Below, piece by piece: positions 27,500-39,463 of a stretch of DNA of 64,000 nt. A program made the position numbers and the translations under genes. The stretch is from Antedon mediterranea (lineage: Eukaryota > Animalia > Echinodermata), in NCBI RefSeq assembly GCF_964355755.1, contig NC_092677.1, forward strand, positions 17,382,101-17,446,100, in the 5' to 3' direction. Each line of letters begins with the position of its first letter. The first letter of the stretch is position 1. The notes under the pieces are model-generated. The model was given only the letters and a program-made list of their open reading frames with translations. It was not told where the DNA came from and ran no database searches.

Positions 27500-30400
27500 C
27501 ATTTATTTGTATCAACAACAAAATAATACAGTATTTCTTTCACAAGAATATTTCTATAAACTTATTTGATACAAAACGGGTATGCAATGAGCCGAAGCTC
27601 TTAAACGCATTACCCTATAATACAGATATCTAATTAGCAAATAAAACAATAAAAGTACAAATAGAAATAAAAAGTAAAAGTAACAAAAGTGAACTCTACA
27701 TGAGTGAGTATTTATTTATTAATAGTTGTTGTATTTCCTTTTTAAATTTTCCGATTTTAGTTTCACACTTTATGTTTTCAGGTAAACGGTTCCAAATATT
27801 TGCCCCTCTATAGGCAATACTTCTTTGTCCTATATTTGTTCTTTTTAGAGGAATACGGAAATCACTCTTCTTCCGCGTACCATACTCATGTACAGATTCC
27901 ATTTTTGTAAAAAAAGAGTTAAATGAAACTGGTAAATTGCCCATACGGAATTGAAACATAAATACAGCAGTGTACTTTTCATACAAGTCAAAAATATTCA
28001 ATAGGTTTTTGTTATAGAATAAATTTGCTGATGGATGCTGATAATGCACTTTACATATAATTCTGATCGCTCGTTTTTGAAGTATATGTATTCTCTGTAG
28101 CTTTGTTGCCCCCGCAACTCCCCAAATAGTTATTGCATATATTAGGTGAGGTAAAATTAACGAGTTGTACATTATTAACAAAACATCTGATTGAACAATA
28201 TATTTAAGTTTGTTCATTACACCAATGACCCTTGCAATTTTCATAGTAATGATATCTATGTGATCATGGAATGTTACAAACTCATCAAGAATGACACCTA
28301 AGAACTTAATTTTACTAACTCTTTCAATTTCAACATCATTAATAAATAAAGTATAGTTATTGGTATCTTTTTTCTTATACATGCTTCTAAATTCGATAAA
28401 CTTGGTCTTCTTTGTATTCAGACTCAATTTGTTTGCAGTAAACCAATCACTTAATTTACTTAATTCTGTATTTAAAGTGTTAATTAAAAGGTTTATATCT
28501 TTGTGCTTAAAAAATACGTTAGTATCGTCAGCAAAAATGACAAATTCTAAATATTTACTACTTTCAACAATGTCATTTGTATAAATTATAAAAAGTAACG
28601 GCCCAAGAATTGAGCCTTGTGGTACTCCATATTCAATCAGTTTTAATTCTGATTTACAATTTCCCATGTGAACATATTGTTTTCTCATATATAAGTAGCT
28701 CTTAAACCATTCAAGAACAATGCCCCGAATACCATAAAATTTGAGTTTTTGTAAGAGAATCTCATGATCTATCGTATCAAATGCCTTAGAAAGGTCTAGG
28801 AAGACGCCGATACTTATCATTTGTTCATCTATTGCTGAAGTAATTTTTTCTATTGTTTGTGAAAGTGCATGACTCGTAGAGTGGTTTTTTCGAAAACCAA
28901 ACTGTGATTTATTAATGATGTTAAGTTTGTCAAGGTATTGAGTCGTTTGATCATACACAACCCTTTCATAAATTTTAGAAATACAAGGCAAGACTGAAAC
29001 AGGTCTATAATTTGTTATGTCATTTTCATCGCCACCCTTAAATATAGGCACAGTTCTGGCAATCTTTAATTCATCTGGAAAGCAACCAGTTGTCAATGAT
29101 ATATTAACAATATGTTTAATCGGTATTGTTAGGCATTGCGAAAATGGTTTAATATAACGAGCACCAATTCCATCATTACCAGGTGACTTACTTATATCTA
29201 GATTATCAATATATTTCTTAATGTCATGTTCATTTACTGGCCTAATAAACATAGAATTGGCGTAATTGCCAGACATTAACGTTAGTGGATCTATTCTATT
29301 ACTTCTTTTATTTTTTATATCAGTTGCTATATTTTTGCCAATATTAATAAAATATGAATTCATTGCTTCCGCTTGATCTTGTTCATTGTTGTAATAGTTT
29401 GTATTTAAGAACATCTTTGACGGTTTTCCCGAATTGTAATTTTTTCCTAATAAATTGTTAATATTTCGCCATGTTTTTTTAGAGTTATTTTTATTTTTCT
29501 CAAATTCTTCATTCAGGTAATTAGTTTTTCTTAGTCGTATTAGTTTAGTTAATTTATTTCTGTAGTTAGTGTATTTAGATTTTCTATAAAGTGTCGGATT
29601 TTTTCTATACAAACTGTATAGTTTTTCTTTCTTACGAATTGATATTGCAATACCTTCAGTGATCCACGGAGATTTATTTATATTTGCTCTCACGTGTATA
29701 TTTTTTAAGGGAAAGCATTTATCTATCAGTCTATTTAGTGTGTTATGAAAGTTAACGTACGACTCATTTGCATAACAGCTGCTAATTACATTCTCCCAGT
29801 CTTGCCGTTCTAGTTCAGTTCTGAATAGTTCTTGATTGCGACGGGAGTAGCTACGCTGTAACTTATATTTGTGTACATGTTTTGTTGGAGTCTTAACCGA
29901 TTTATTTATGCAAAAGATAGGATAGTGGTCTGAAATATCCGTATAAATTATTCCTGATTCTATCTGATGATATTGCTGTGAATTCGTAAGAATATTGTTG
30001 ATTATTGAAGCTGTGTTTGCTGTTACACGCGTTGGCTTGTTTATGATAGGGATAAAAGAATGTGAGAAAAGGGTATCTGTATGCATCTGTACGTTACTTT
30101 CTGTGTGATTAGCTAAATCAATATTATAATCTCCTACGAGATATGAATCTTTATTTTCACTATTAATAATGTCCATAACTGTACCCAATTGTTCGTTAAA
30201 CTTTTTAGAACATTTATCCGGGGGTCTGTATATGACTCCATATACAATGTTCTTATTTTGATGTTCAACTTCAACAAATAGTGATTCTGATTGATCCATC
30301 ATAGCCGAGAGATCTTCTCTTATAGCATAGTATGCATTGTCAGGTAAGTATAATCCAATTCCGCCACCCCTTTTATTATGTCTGTTTTTGTAGATAAATC

Positions 30401-30790
30401 TGTAACTTGGTAGGCTATACATATTAGGTATATCATTTTTCGTTAGCCATGTTTCAACTAGAGCTATACAAGAAAATTCTCGGTTTAATGAGGATATAAA
30501 CTCACTTATGCTATCAAACTTGTTTACAATACTCCGACAATTCAGACATAGTATTGAAATAAAATTTTCTCTATCAATATTAAATTTGGAGACAAAATCG
30601 TTAACAAGATAGTAATTAGTTTCTGTAGTTCCTATTGTTTCATTTTCGTACTCATGTAGACTATTATAAAACATAACTTAGATGATTATTCCTACTCTAT
30701 ATAATTGTATAGTGAATAACCTTCTCTGTGATGTATTTAGTCTCGAAAAGACAAGTTAAACGGTAAGTACAAGGTAATAAGAGGTAAGTA
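27500..30790 (-). mobile_element. LINE retrotransposon, CR1/L2 group; no ORF1 seen
   Basis: Contains the 992-aa EN+RT ORF, a short 3' UTR with a stem-loop at 27578-27615, and an (ATAC)n tract at the 5' side. Boundaries approximate; no TSD identified. Confidence 0.85.
27696..30674 (-). CDS. LINE ORF2: APE endonuclease + reverse transcriptase
   Basis: EN motifs LNCRSI, LVETWL, GGGIG, GDYNID, PTR, ISDH; RT motifs YRPVSVL, FLDLSKAFDT, GVPQGSILGPLLF, FADDT, KFLGV; 992 aa uninterrupted. Confidence 0.96.
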   Translation of the reverse strand: MFYNSLHEYENETIGTTETNYYLVNDFVSKFNIDRENFISILCLNCRSIVNKFDSISEFISSLNREFSCIALVETWLTKNDIPNMYSLPSYRFIYKNRHNKRGGGIGLYLPDNAYYAIREDLSAMMDQSESLFVEVEHQNKNIVYGVIYRPPDKCSKKFNEQLGTVMDIINSENKDSYLVGDYNIDLANHTESNVQMHTDTLFSHSFIPIINKPTRVTANTASIINNILTNSQQYHQIESGIIYTDISDHYPIFCINKSVKTPTKHVHKYKLQRSYSRRNQELFRTELERQDWENVISSCYANESYVNFHNTLNRLIDKCFPLKNIHVRANINKSPWITEGIAISIRKKEKLYSLYRKNPTLYRKSKYTNYRNKLTKLIRLRKTNYLNEEFEKNKNNSKKTWRNINNLLGKNYNSGKPSKMFLNTNYYNNEQDQAEAMNSYFINIGKNIATDIKNKRSNRIDPLTLMSGNYANSMFIRPVNEHDIKKYIDNLDISKSPGNDGIGARYIKPFSQCLTIPIKHIVNISLTTGCFPDELKIARTVPIFKGGDENDITNYRPVSVLPCISKIYERVVYDQTTQYLDKLNIINKSQFGFRKNHSTSHALSQTIEKITSAIDEQMISIGVFLDLSKAFDTIDHEILLQKLKFYGIRGIVLEWFKSYLYMRKQYVHMGNCKSELKLIEYGVPQGSILGPLLFIIYTNDIVESSKYLEFVIFADDTNVFFKHKDINLLINTLNTELSKLSDWFTANKLSLNTKKTKFIEFRSMYKKKDTNNYTLFINDVEIERVSKIKFLGVILDEFVTFHDHIDIITMKIARVIGVMNKLKYIVQSDVLLIMYNSLILPHLIYAITIWGVAGATKLQRIHILQKRAIRIICKVHYQHPSANLFYNKNLLNIFDLYEKYTAVFMFQFRMGNLPVSFNSFFTKMESVHEYGTRKKSDFRIPLKRTNIGQRSIAYRGANIWNRLPENIKCETKIGKFKKEIQQLLINKYSLM

Positions 30791-31448
30791 TAAACATAAT
30801 ACATACATACATACATACGTACGTAACCCGTAAAGATACATATACATACATACATACATACATATACAAACACTCATATATTCTCTGATTGGTCAATTGC
30901 TGCAGCAATATTCGATAGTATTGACCTTTTTTGAACTTTGATTCTAGTGTCCACACTATCAAACTTTATGTGACAAAAAGTAATGTGCCCATACATGAAC
31001 ATGATGATGTCATATCACTACCATTTAAACATAGCACAACACTACTATCAGTTAGTCCTGGCTGGGCTGGATTATTGACCAATCAGATTTGTGCACCAAT
31101 CAATCAATAACTATGTTATCTACATTGCTACATTAAGTAAATTGAAATAAAAGTGGGTTGGGGGTTTTTAGTAATAAGCTGTGTTTATCAGCTGATTTTA
31201 TTTTATTTTATACACTTTTACTATATCTTGTTTTGTATTCATTGTGTAAAGTAATGATCTACTGTATATATCGATGTAAATTGGGGGGGGGGGGGGGTAG
31301 GATATGATAGTTGCTTTTGCCTTTTATTACTTTTCTGTTAATTGTTATATTTTATATTGTGAAGGATGCACCTTTGTGCTAAGTGTGCCACCGATCTAAA
31401 GGTGTAATTCCAAATAAATAAATAAATAAACATACCGCCCTCTATATG

Positions 31449-31476
31449 TGACCCTTAATTGACCTAGTTGACGTCA
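31449..31476. promoter_or_regulatory. Candidate CHMP4 proximal promoter motifs (DR5-type half-site pair + CRE)
   Basis: TGACCC-ttaat-TGACCT at 31449-31465 and a perfect TGACGTCA at 31469-31476, about 155 bp upstream of the ATG. Motif match only. Confidence 0.35.
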
Positions 31477-31630
31477 TCGTTATTTATTTTTGTTGCGGGG
31501 TGAAGTGACTAATTTTTTTCATGTGATTTTGACAACTTATTTTGAGAATTGTCTGGAGTTTCCCAAAATAATATTATCAACAATTTAAACTTGAGTACTT
31601 AAACATTTATACAGGTACTAGTAGACAATC

Positions 31631-34600
31631 ATGAGTTTTACCAAATTCTTCGGAGGAAAGAAAAAAGAGGCCTTGCCTAGCACCGGAGATGCGATACAAA
31701 AACTGCGTCAGACAGAGGAAATGTTAACCAAAAAACAAGTATTTCTCGAGAAGAAAATTAATCAAGAACTAAAAATAGCGAAAGAAAAGGGAACAAAAGA
31801 CAAAAGAGGTATATTATGTTACATTTGTATTGTATATTTATTAAGGCGTACACATTTATACGTTAGTTAGGCCTAGACTTATTAGCTAGGCCTAGGCTAT
31901 ATGTTCAAGTCAATGTTGCCTGGGCAAATTATTACATTTTTGCCGGAAGTGTGATTAGTTGGACGTTTGGTCCATATTTTTACATAACAATGATTGTGTT
32001 ACAGTACCTACAAACTGTTTTATGATATAAATTGATATCAAGTATAAATATTAGACATGCTCTAGGCCTAGATAAAGTTGTAAAATAACTTATAATTATA
32101 ATAGGCCTATATTATTGTTATCAAATTAAAATATTCGTATTTTTCATTACATAGCTTCAATGCTTTCACAGAGGGTGCTTTTAGCCTTTTTGGAATAAAC
32201 GTACAATTAACATTGTACACTGTAAAATATCGTCATTAAATATAATGTTAGCATGTACTTATGCACTTGTCAATTGTATGACCCACTATACGACCCCCGG
32301 GAGAGGTGCGTCATTTGTCCGATGTGCGTCGACCTTTGAATACCATGACGCACCCGTGCGTCAAAAATGTGACTTGCTTTTAGGTGACCATGACGCACCC
32401 ATTTTGACGCACTGTGAACATGTTGTTTATGATATGGTGGGTGGTAAAGTGAAGGACATTGACACACCTTGTTCATTGATGTGACGTACCATCTAGGTTT
32501 TTTGACGCACCCCTGCGTCAGTAATTATTTGTAAATAACGCACCTCTCCCGGGGGTCGTATAGTGGGTCATACAATTGACAAGTGCATTAATAACATTGT
32601 AATTATTGTAAATGTAATTCATAAGACCCCTATTATTGGGCGATATCGTTCATAGATTAGTATGACCCAACGATACATACCAATACAATTTTTTATTTAT
32701 ATTTATTTTTCTTGGAAATTGAGCTAGAAAAAGTGTTGTTGTTGTCTTTTAGCTGCCTTGAATGCATTAAAAAGAAAGAAACGTCTAGAGAAACAACTTC
32801 AGCAAATTGATGGTACATTATCTACAATTGAGTTCCAAAGAGAAGCACTAGAAAATGCCAACACAAACTCAGAAGTATTGAATACAATGACATATGCAGC
32901 AAAAGCTCTGAAGTCAGCACACAAGTCCTTGTAAGTTTTACACCAGGCCTAGACCTAGATTTCTTGAAAAGTATGTTTCAACCCTTGTCGATAGAGCAGC
33001 CATTTGACACACATTTTATGTGTTTTTTCGTTTGTTTTCATTTTTCTCTGCAGAGATGTGGATCAAGTTCATGATATGATGGATGATATTTCTGAACAGA
33101 TGGAATTGAGTAATGAAATTGGTGAAGCAATTTCTAGTCCGTCTCAATATGATGACGTTGATGAGGTAGGTGTGATAACAAAAACATGTTATCTTATTCC
33201 TTCACATAGAGCAGTCTGGAGTATCGGTAAAGGATATCTGATTATCATGTGAAAGGCATGGGTTTGAAACCTGTCTATGCCATATTACTTGTATCCTTAG
33301 GCAAGGCACTGTACTTTCATTGCCTCATCCTGGGACATATGACTGTTGGTCCAGGGTAAATACACACTTTGTACACTATTTTTTAAATATTAGGGGATGG
33401 TCTCTCAGTTTTTGGTAATTAATTTAATTAGTTTACTATTATACTAAAAAAGTTTAGTTAATTACTTTGTAAAATATAAAGTAATTTTGGTACAGGGTAC
33501 TTAGTTATTTTCCAACAGAGCATTTTCCGGAAAATTGATATATTGGTGCCGAATTCTTAAATAGCGCTCCCTCTCTTTCGGTCATTTTGTCAGGTATTTC
33601 CGTCAGTTTCTGATCGCTCAGTTAATTTATTTCTGTACAGTAATTAGTTAATATTATAAATTCTTTTTTAGGATGACTTATTAGCTGAATTAGAAGAACT
33701 TGAACAAGAAGAATTAGATGAAAAGTTATTAGATGTTGGACCATCAGTAACTGATAGATTACCTGACGTACCTTCAGAAGTACCACAACCTCGTAAGTTT
33801 TATTTATTTTAGTAATTGAGAAGAGGCAGAGAGCAAGTGGGGTTACTATAATGTTTATTAAACCAATTGACTGGTAATTATATCCCCTTTGATTCTAGGC
33901 CACTAATTATCATTCTCCCCCTGAAGACAACTACTATGTGAGGGTAGCATTCCTAAGGGGTAGTTGTCTGGGGAGTAATTATCCAGGGAGTAGTTACAAT
34001 ATCTGGTTTTGGTCCTTGTGGTAGAAAAATATACACATTTGAGTAGTATGAATTTGTTTAATGAGTAATAGCTCAGACTTTTGTGTCATATTAATAGGGA
34101 GCTTTAATTTCCAACAACTATGTATATGGGAATATTGCGATGTGTGTCCTCTCTACCCACCTAGACACAATTTTAAGGATTTTTAGGTCCAGACGACCAA
34201 CGACACATAGATTCACCTGGCCCAGTAGTTAGGTCATCGCAAATTGAAAGCTCCTTATTATTGATGAGAATAGACAGTGATATGTGCAGGGTTACATCTG
34301 TTTTCAGGCTTTGTGGATTCAAGCAAACAGTGGTTGAGCCTCTACAAATTCTACAGCACACTGCTCTCTCATTCATTATTAATTAAATTAAACCGTCAAT
34401 CAAGTGTATAACCTAGACTATTTTTTTTTTTTTTTTTTTTTAACCATATTTAATGAGGGTGATCCATCCAGCTATTGCTGATCATTAGGAACCCTCAGAG
34501 CTTCACAAGACAAACATATACACAAGATGCTCTACATAAACAAAGTCTTATTACAAGTCTTTGGGAGTGGAGTAATTTGGCCCTTAGAAAAAATCCTGAC

Positions 34601-34799
34601 ATGTGACGGGACTTGAACCCAGGACCCTTGGAGTGGTAGACAAGCATCATAACCACCAAGCCACAACTCCACTCCACTCTGGTAACTTATTATTATATGT
34701 TCTTTTATTATTATTTTCTTTTTTTTATCCTCAGAAAAATCAAAGAAAGTGGTTGAAGATGAGGATGATATGGCTGAGTTGGCAGCCTGGGCATCATAG
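31631..34799 (+). CDS. CHMP4B: CHMP4/Snf7 ESCRT-III subunit
   Basis: Exons 31631-31808, 32753-32930, 33054-33165, 33672-33792, 34735-34799, all GT-AG and in phase. Motifs AIQKLRQTEEMLTKK, ALKRKKRLEKQLQQIDGTLSTIEFQREALENA, DEDDLLAELEELEQEELD, and the C-terminal ALIX-binding MAELAAW. Pro-orthologue of CHMP4A/B/C. Confidence 0.97.
32262..32587. mobile_element. MITE, PIF/Harbinger-like, in CHMP4 intron 1
   Basis: ~50-bp perfect TIR TGCACTTGTCAATTGTATGACCCACTATACGACCCCCGGGAGAGGTGCG; TTA TSD both sides. Confidence 0.9.
33207..33370 (+). mobile_element. Degraded tRNA-derived SINE (CORE-like)
   Basis: Weak A/B boxes (gggtttgaaacc) followed by tgtatccttaggcaaggcact. Confidence 0.45.
34421..34678 (-). 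mobile_element. tRNA-derived SINE with poly(A) tail in last CHMP4 intron
   Basis: On the minus strand: A-box TGGCTTGGTGG, B-box GGTTCAAGTCC (34608-34620), a 3' GAGGGT...ACCCTC stem and an A-tail (T-run 34421-34441). Confidence 0.75.
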
Positions 34800-37799
34800 A
34801 CATTGAAACATTTCATATATAAATCACTACAAACTAATATCTCACAAATGCCACATTGGTTTCGTATGATAGATATTTATCTTTTGTCTGTACCAATGGG
34901 ATCATAATTATATATTAGCTATCTAATTATAATTAGTTGTGATTGTTTCTTTTTTTATTATAATATAAATATTTGATATGTAAATATTCCTAGTAATGTA
35001 GTCGACACATTTAGAGGAACACTTATTTCTTATTCACACTTGATGTATGAAATGTTGGCTGCACAGTATGAACATTTTTTAGGGCCTGTTCAGAATTACA
35101 AGTTACAGGTTTCATATTACATGGAAAAACAACTAGGAAAAGATTAGTGGAAGCCACCTCTTATGACACTGAACTTTCATTACTTACGGCCGAAAGCTCA
35201 AGGTACAAAATGACGGTATGATGCTTACGATATAAAAACATGCATCAACGATTTTGATCTCCAACCAATAAAATTTACTCTTGCTTACTGAATGTTCTCC
35301 CCAATCTTTAACAGTTTGTAACAAAATCGTTAAAATCGTGTATGAATGTTTAGCTGTTTCGCAACTATTTATAATGGTAAGACGCTACAAAAGCTTAATC
35401 TTCATATAGAGTGTGAATAGACCACTAGAGCGTGACAGACTGGAGGATTTAGTTCATCATGTTATTCCTGTGCTAATAGCTAGCAAATATGGTCAGCCGA
35501 AAAAATCTAAAGTATTTGCTGATCAACATTTGATTTGAACTCTGTGTTTAATTTGGTATTTTTTCCCATTAGAGAGGGTTAGATATAATGTGGTGAGATT
35601 TTGTATTTTTAGTACAATCCTAAAAGTTTTAAATGAATAGAATCTATTGTAAAAATAAATATCTATTCTACGACAAAGGAGAGTTGACAACAAATGATGT
35701 CACATGATGAGTTAGTAAACTGGTTGACAGAGAGAGCATGGAAATAAATAATTTCTTTGAGTTTCGTTGAATGATGATCTTTTTTTCAGAATGTCTCAAA
35801 ACTTTATGTGATTTATTAACAATAACTAAACTTTAAATTGTTAGAAATTGTACACTTTACAAAAAATATTTAAATTTGAAATAGCAAATCAATATAGGCC
35901 TAATAATAGCTACAAAAGCAAAGGTTTATATTTGTCCATACCGCAAGCAAATGAGAAGTCTGTGTGAAACGTAGGTATGCATGATTGAGCAACTGTAAAA
36001 AAATATAAGAATTATAAAAATTTGTTTACTGGCTGCTTTAGGGTGGGTACAGTGTGCCATATTTAATACTGTCTGGAATTTTGTGTATTTAATTTTGTAA
36101 TACCAGTTCTACAGTTGATCCTTTTTTTTTTTTTTAAATATGATGGTTCAAATCATGCTCTTTTTACATTTAACTTTATGTAGATTTACAATAATCGTAC
36201 ATCTGACTTTTTACGGGTGTACCATATATCAGGTTTCCTCTGGAAATAAATGACTATTATTAATTATGCACTCGACTTCCTATCATTAGGGTTTAACCAT
36301 ATCTATTTGTTATTGTTAATAATATTAGTAGTACTGTAGGCCTATTAGATATTGAGTTGGCCTCTACAGCTTTTATTTGCGTACAAAACGGGCCATTGTC
36401 CTTTATTCTCATCCCAGTTTATTAGGCAGTAATTATACATGACATGATGTCATATCACTGCCATATTTGTCTCTAGCATTACCATATTTGGGCACATCAC
36501 AGTTTATTTGTCAGTTCGAAGTGTTGAAAGATTTTTAGAACTTGTAAAACGAAGACGAATAGATCTGTTGAACAATACACTGTTTTGTGTTCTATATTCT
36601 TTCAAATATATGTGTACTAACTTGGAAAGTAGGACGTGTTTTGAAAGTTGTTTTTGAATTATATGTCATCATCGTCTTTAGTATAGTATAGGTCATGTTG
36701 GCGACTCATCGATGTAGTATACTACTACTCTACTATACACCGAGTAGATTCACTAATGCCTCTACCTCATATTTCGTGTTGTACAACCCTAAAAACGTAA
36801 CACAAAAAAGACAAAAGTAATTGAAATATGTTTTCTTTCTGCCTTCCATTGGAATAACGTTGGACAAATCATTTTTTAATCCGGATGTATGCACCGTCAT
36901 CGACTATAGTATGCTATTTATATTGATCAGCATAAGTACATGTAGGCCCTATTTACAATATATATATTATAAGCTACATTGAAGTATAGGCATGCTTAGT
37001 GATCGTCGAGGAGTTATATAGGTCCTACATCGTCAACAAAGACATTTTGACTCGCAAAACTAGAATTATAAGTATGCCTTTCATTTTATAAACTCAACTG
37101 TGATATGTTATGGAGGATCGACGTGGACTCGATTTAACTCTTCCAAGCAAATCACCTTCTCACCTGAAGTATTATGTAAACGTGTTACCTAACTAAGCTT
37201 TGAAATGTCTACTGGTCCACAAAAGTCACTAAATTTACAGGTGGACAAGAAATCAAACAATTAAATTTATTTAATAGCCTAATTAAACATGGAATTTTTT
37301 TTGTATGTATTTCACTGAAATATTATTTGAAAGATTTCATTTCTGATCTTTTATATTACAATTGATACATAAAAATATCTTATCTCCCTTGGAATTGTCG
37401 GTTGACACACGGGCCCCTTATAAATTGTTCTTTACAAATCTAAATTGTAGGTAGCACTCAGTGACGTTTAAAGAGGGTCAGGTGGATTTGGTTAAAATAG
37501 TCATTCAGTTTTTTTTTCGCGCATTTTTATTCATTTTAGTTTATTTCGTCTCATAGGCCTACCACTGGTAGTCTACTACCTACTCTCTATAGACGCGCCA
37601 GACCGAACACAATCCGCAGAAAACCCCTGATTAATATTTTGGTGTCCCTACAGCTTCTGCCATAATAAAAATGCTGAGAAAATTAAGCCTTATCGTTACC
37701 TTACAGATGGAAAATCGTATTATTTAAGATTTGTTCGATTTTTGCAATCTTTTAGTCCATTTTAATTGTAATGAATCGTCTTTCTCTAAAATGCCGCGA

Positions 37800-38140
37800 G
37801 ATGTTTTGCTTGTTCGTCTACAATCGAAGGCGGAGATAAAAATCAAATTTTTAAAATTCAGATGGCCCTTATAATAAAGTCAAAAAATAAATTTTACATG
37901 AATTCACATCTACAACTCATTACTCTTTATAATATTAATAAGTGAACAAAAAAATAGGGGGTCACCAGCCATCTCGGAGAGCTATAATCGATTCAAAATA
38001 GCCATATTTTTTCACAAATTTGCCTAAAATATTAACCATTTTTAAGCGCATGATTTCAAAGTTTGACGTGCACGTGTGTCATTATTTTACATTCATAATT
38101 CATCACAGAAACTTATCATAAAAGGTATACAGAACAACAA
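37800..38140. repeat. Dispersed repeat, direct copy of segment 41095-41335
   Basis: gagataaaaatc.aatttttaaaattcagatggcc...tgaattca.at.tacaact.attactct...tttgacgtgc.cgtgtgtcattattttacattca...aacttatcataaaaggtata is shared between the two loci. Confidence 0.8.
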
Positions 38141-38960
38141 AGTGCAAAAATGGTCTGTCTAAAAGCAAAAGCGCGGGAGATTTTTTTTTTTAATGTGAAA
38201 TGCTTAAAATGTCCTGCATGAAACGTGTAGAAAGTTGATTTGAAATTGATTTTGAGCATTTTTAACTTTCAAAGCACGCGTACGCGCGAAAATACCAATG
38301 TTCAAAATGTTGCTGATAATACAGGAAGATGACCCTTGACGACACGAAGCATCCGTATTTCCAAGTTTCATTTGAAAAATGCTGTTAGTTTTGAATTTAT
38401 AGTCAATTTAAGAATTTCAGAAAATCGCGCTACAGAGCGATAGCCAAAAAATACACTTTTTCCTCAATGTAAACAAACACTCATTTCGACAAAACAGTCT
38501 TACTGTAATTTTGTAGCCAGTGACTCCAAAGAACCTCGGCCCTCGCAATGTCTGGTTTCTGAAAACAATACTATGCGGGGATCGAGGTTCTCGTACATAA
38601 TGGGTTAGACACCTCGTATACCAATTTTATTTATTCGACCCAACGACCTTAAACTCACTTCGAAACGAACGCGATACACCTATACTAAGAAACTAAATCA
38701 ACAGTTGTTGAATGCAACCGGCAAAAATAAACCGGGAAAAATTGAACAGTGAGACACTCTGTTCATTCTAATTCTCGTTTGTGTTGTCTCACACTAGGCA
38801 TTATTCGTACATAAGATAGCGAATGATTTGCTTTGGTAGAGTGGAAGCGAACTCAACTTTGATAAGTCTTTTCGGTCAAAATAGTCGCGAATAAACAACC
38901 TAGAGAGATGTTTCAAAGACCGGGGAGTATCGTTCATTAATCAGGTGTGATCTTAGAGGC

Positions 38961-39330
38961 TCAGCTGCCATTGCTGTCATAAAGACAAACAACAATTGAT
39001 CCTTTAATCACAACACTCGCTGTCTCTGATATGTATGATGGCAAACCAATCAGAAGTGGTAGGAGGGTAAATGGGTCATCTCGACTGAAACCTAATGTCC
39101 AGACGGCTCCATTGCTAATCAGAATCCTCAATTTCTCGCTACACATGCTGTCTGGCTTCCAAATCGTTATTGAAGAAGCCTTACAACTTCAACAAGACGT
39201 ATTGCATAGGTGTTTCCCCACTTTCTGTCTGCGCATTTGGGTTCGCTCCATATTTAAACCATTTCCGAATCGCACTGTGGCACACGCGCGCACACATTGT
39301 TTCCGATTTGTGTTGGTACGCTCGCGTTTT
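38961..39330 (-). pseudogene. Decayed ankyrin-repeat gene fragment
   Basis: Minus-strand frames read DSEMV /frameshift/ KYGANPNAQTESGETPMQYVLLKL* and then KLRILISNGA; matches the ankyrin consensus LLxxGAxPNxxxxxGxTP, broken by frameshifts and stops. Confidence 0.5.
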
Positions 39331-39463
39331 ACTAGTGAATGCGGGTCAAATTGTACTATGGAAACGGCAATAATAAACATTCAATTGAACAGTTAAAACG
39401 AACAAAATCGTTATACTGACCACATCTGCTATTATTAACTAGAAATCTAAAGAGAATTAATAA

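Noticed and set aside
34600-34678. tRNA gene
   Set aside because: Imperfect cloverleaf followed by a SINE body and A-tail; a SINE head. The same applies at 9914.
39031-39396. 121-aa plus-strand ORF
   Set aside because: No recognisable features; better explained as the antisense shadow of the ankyrin relic.
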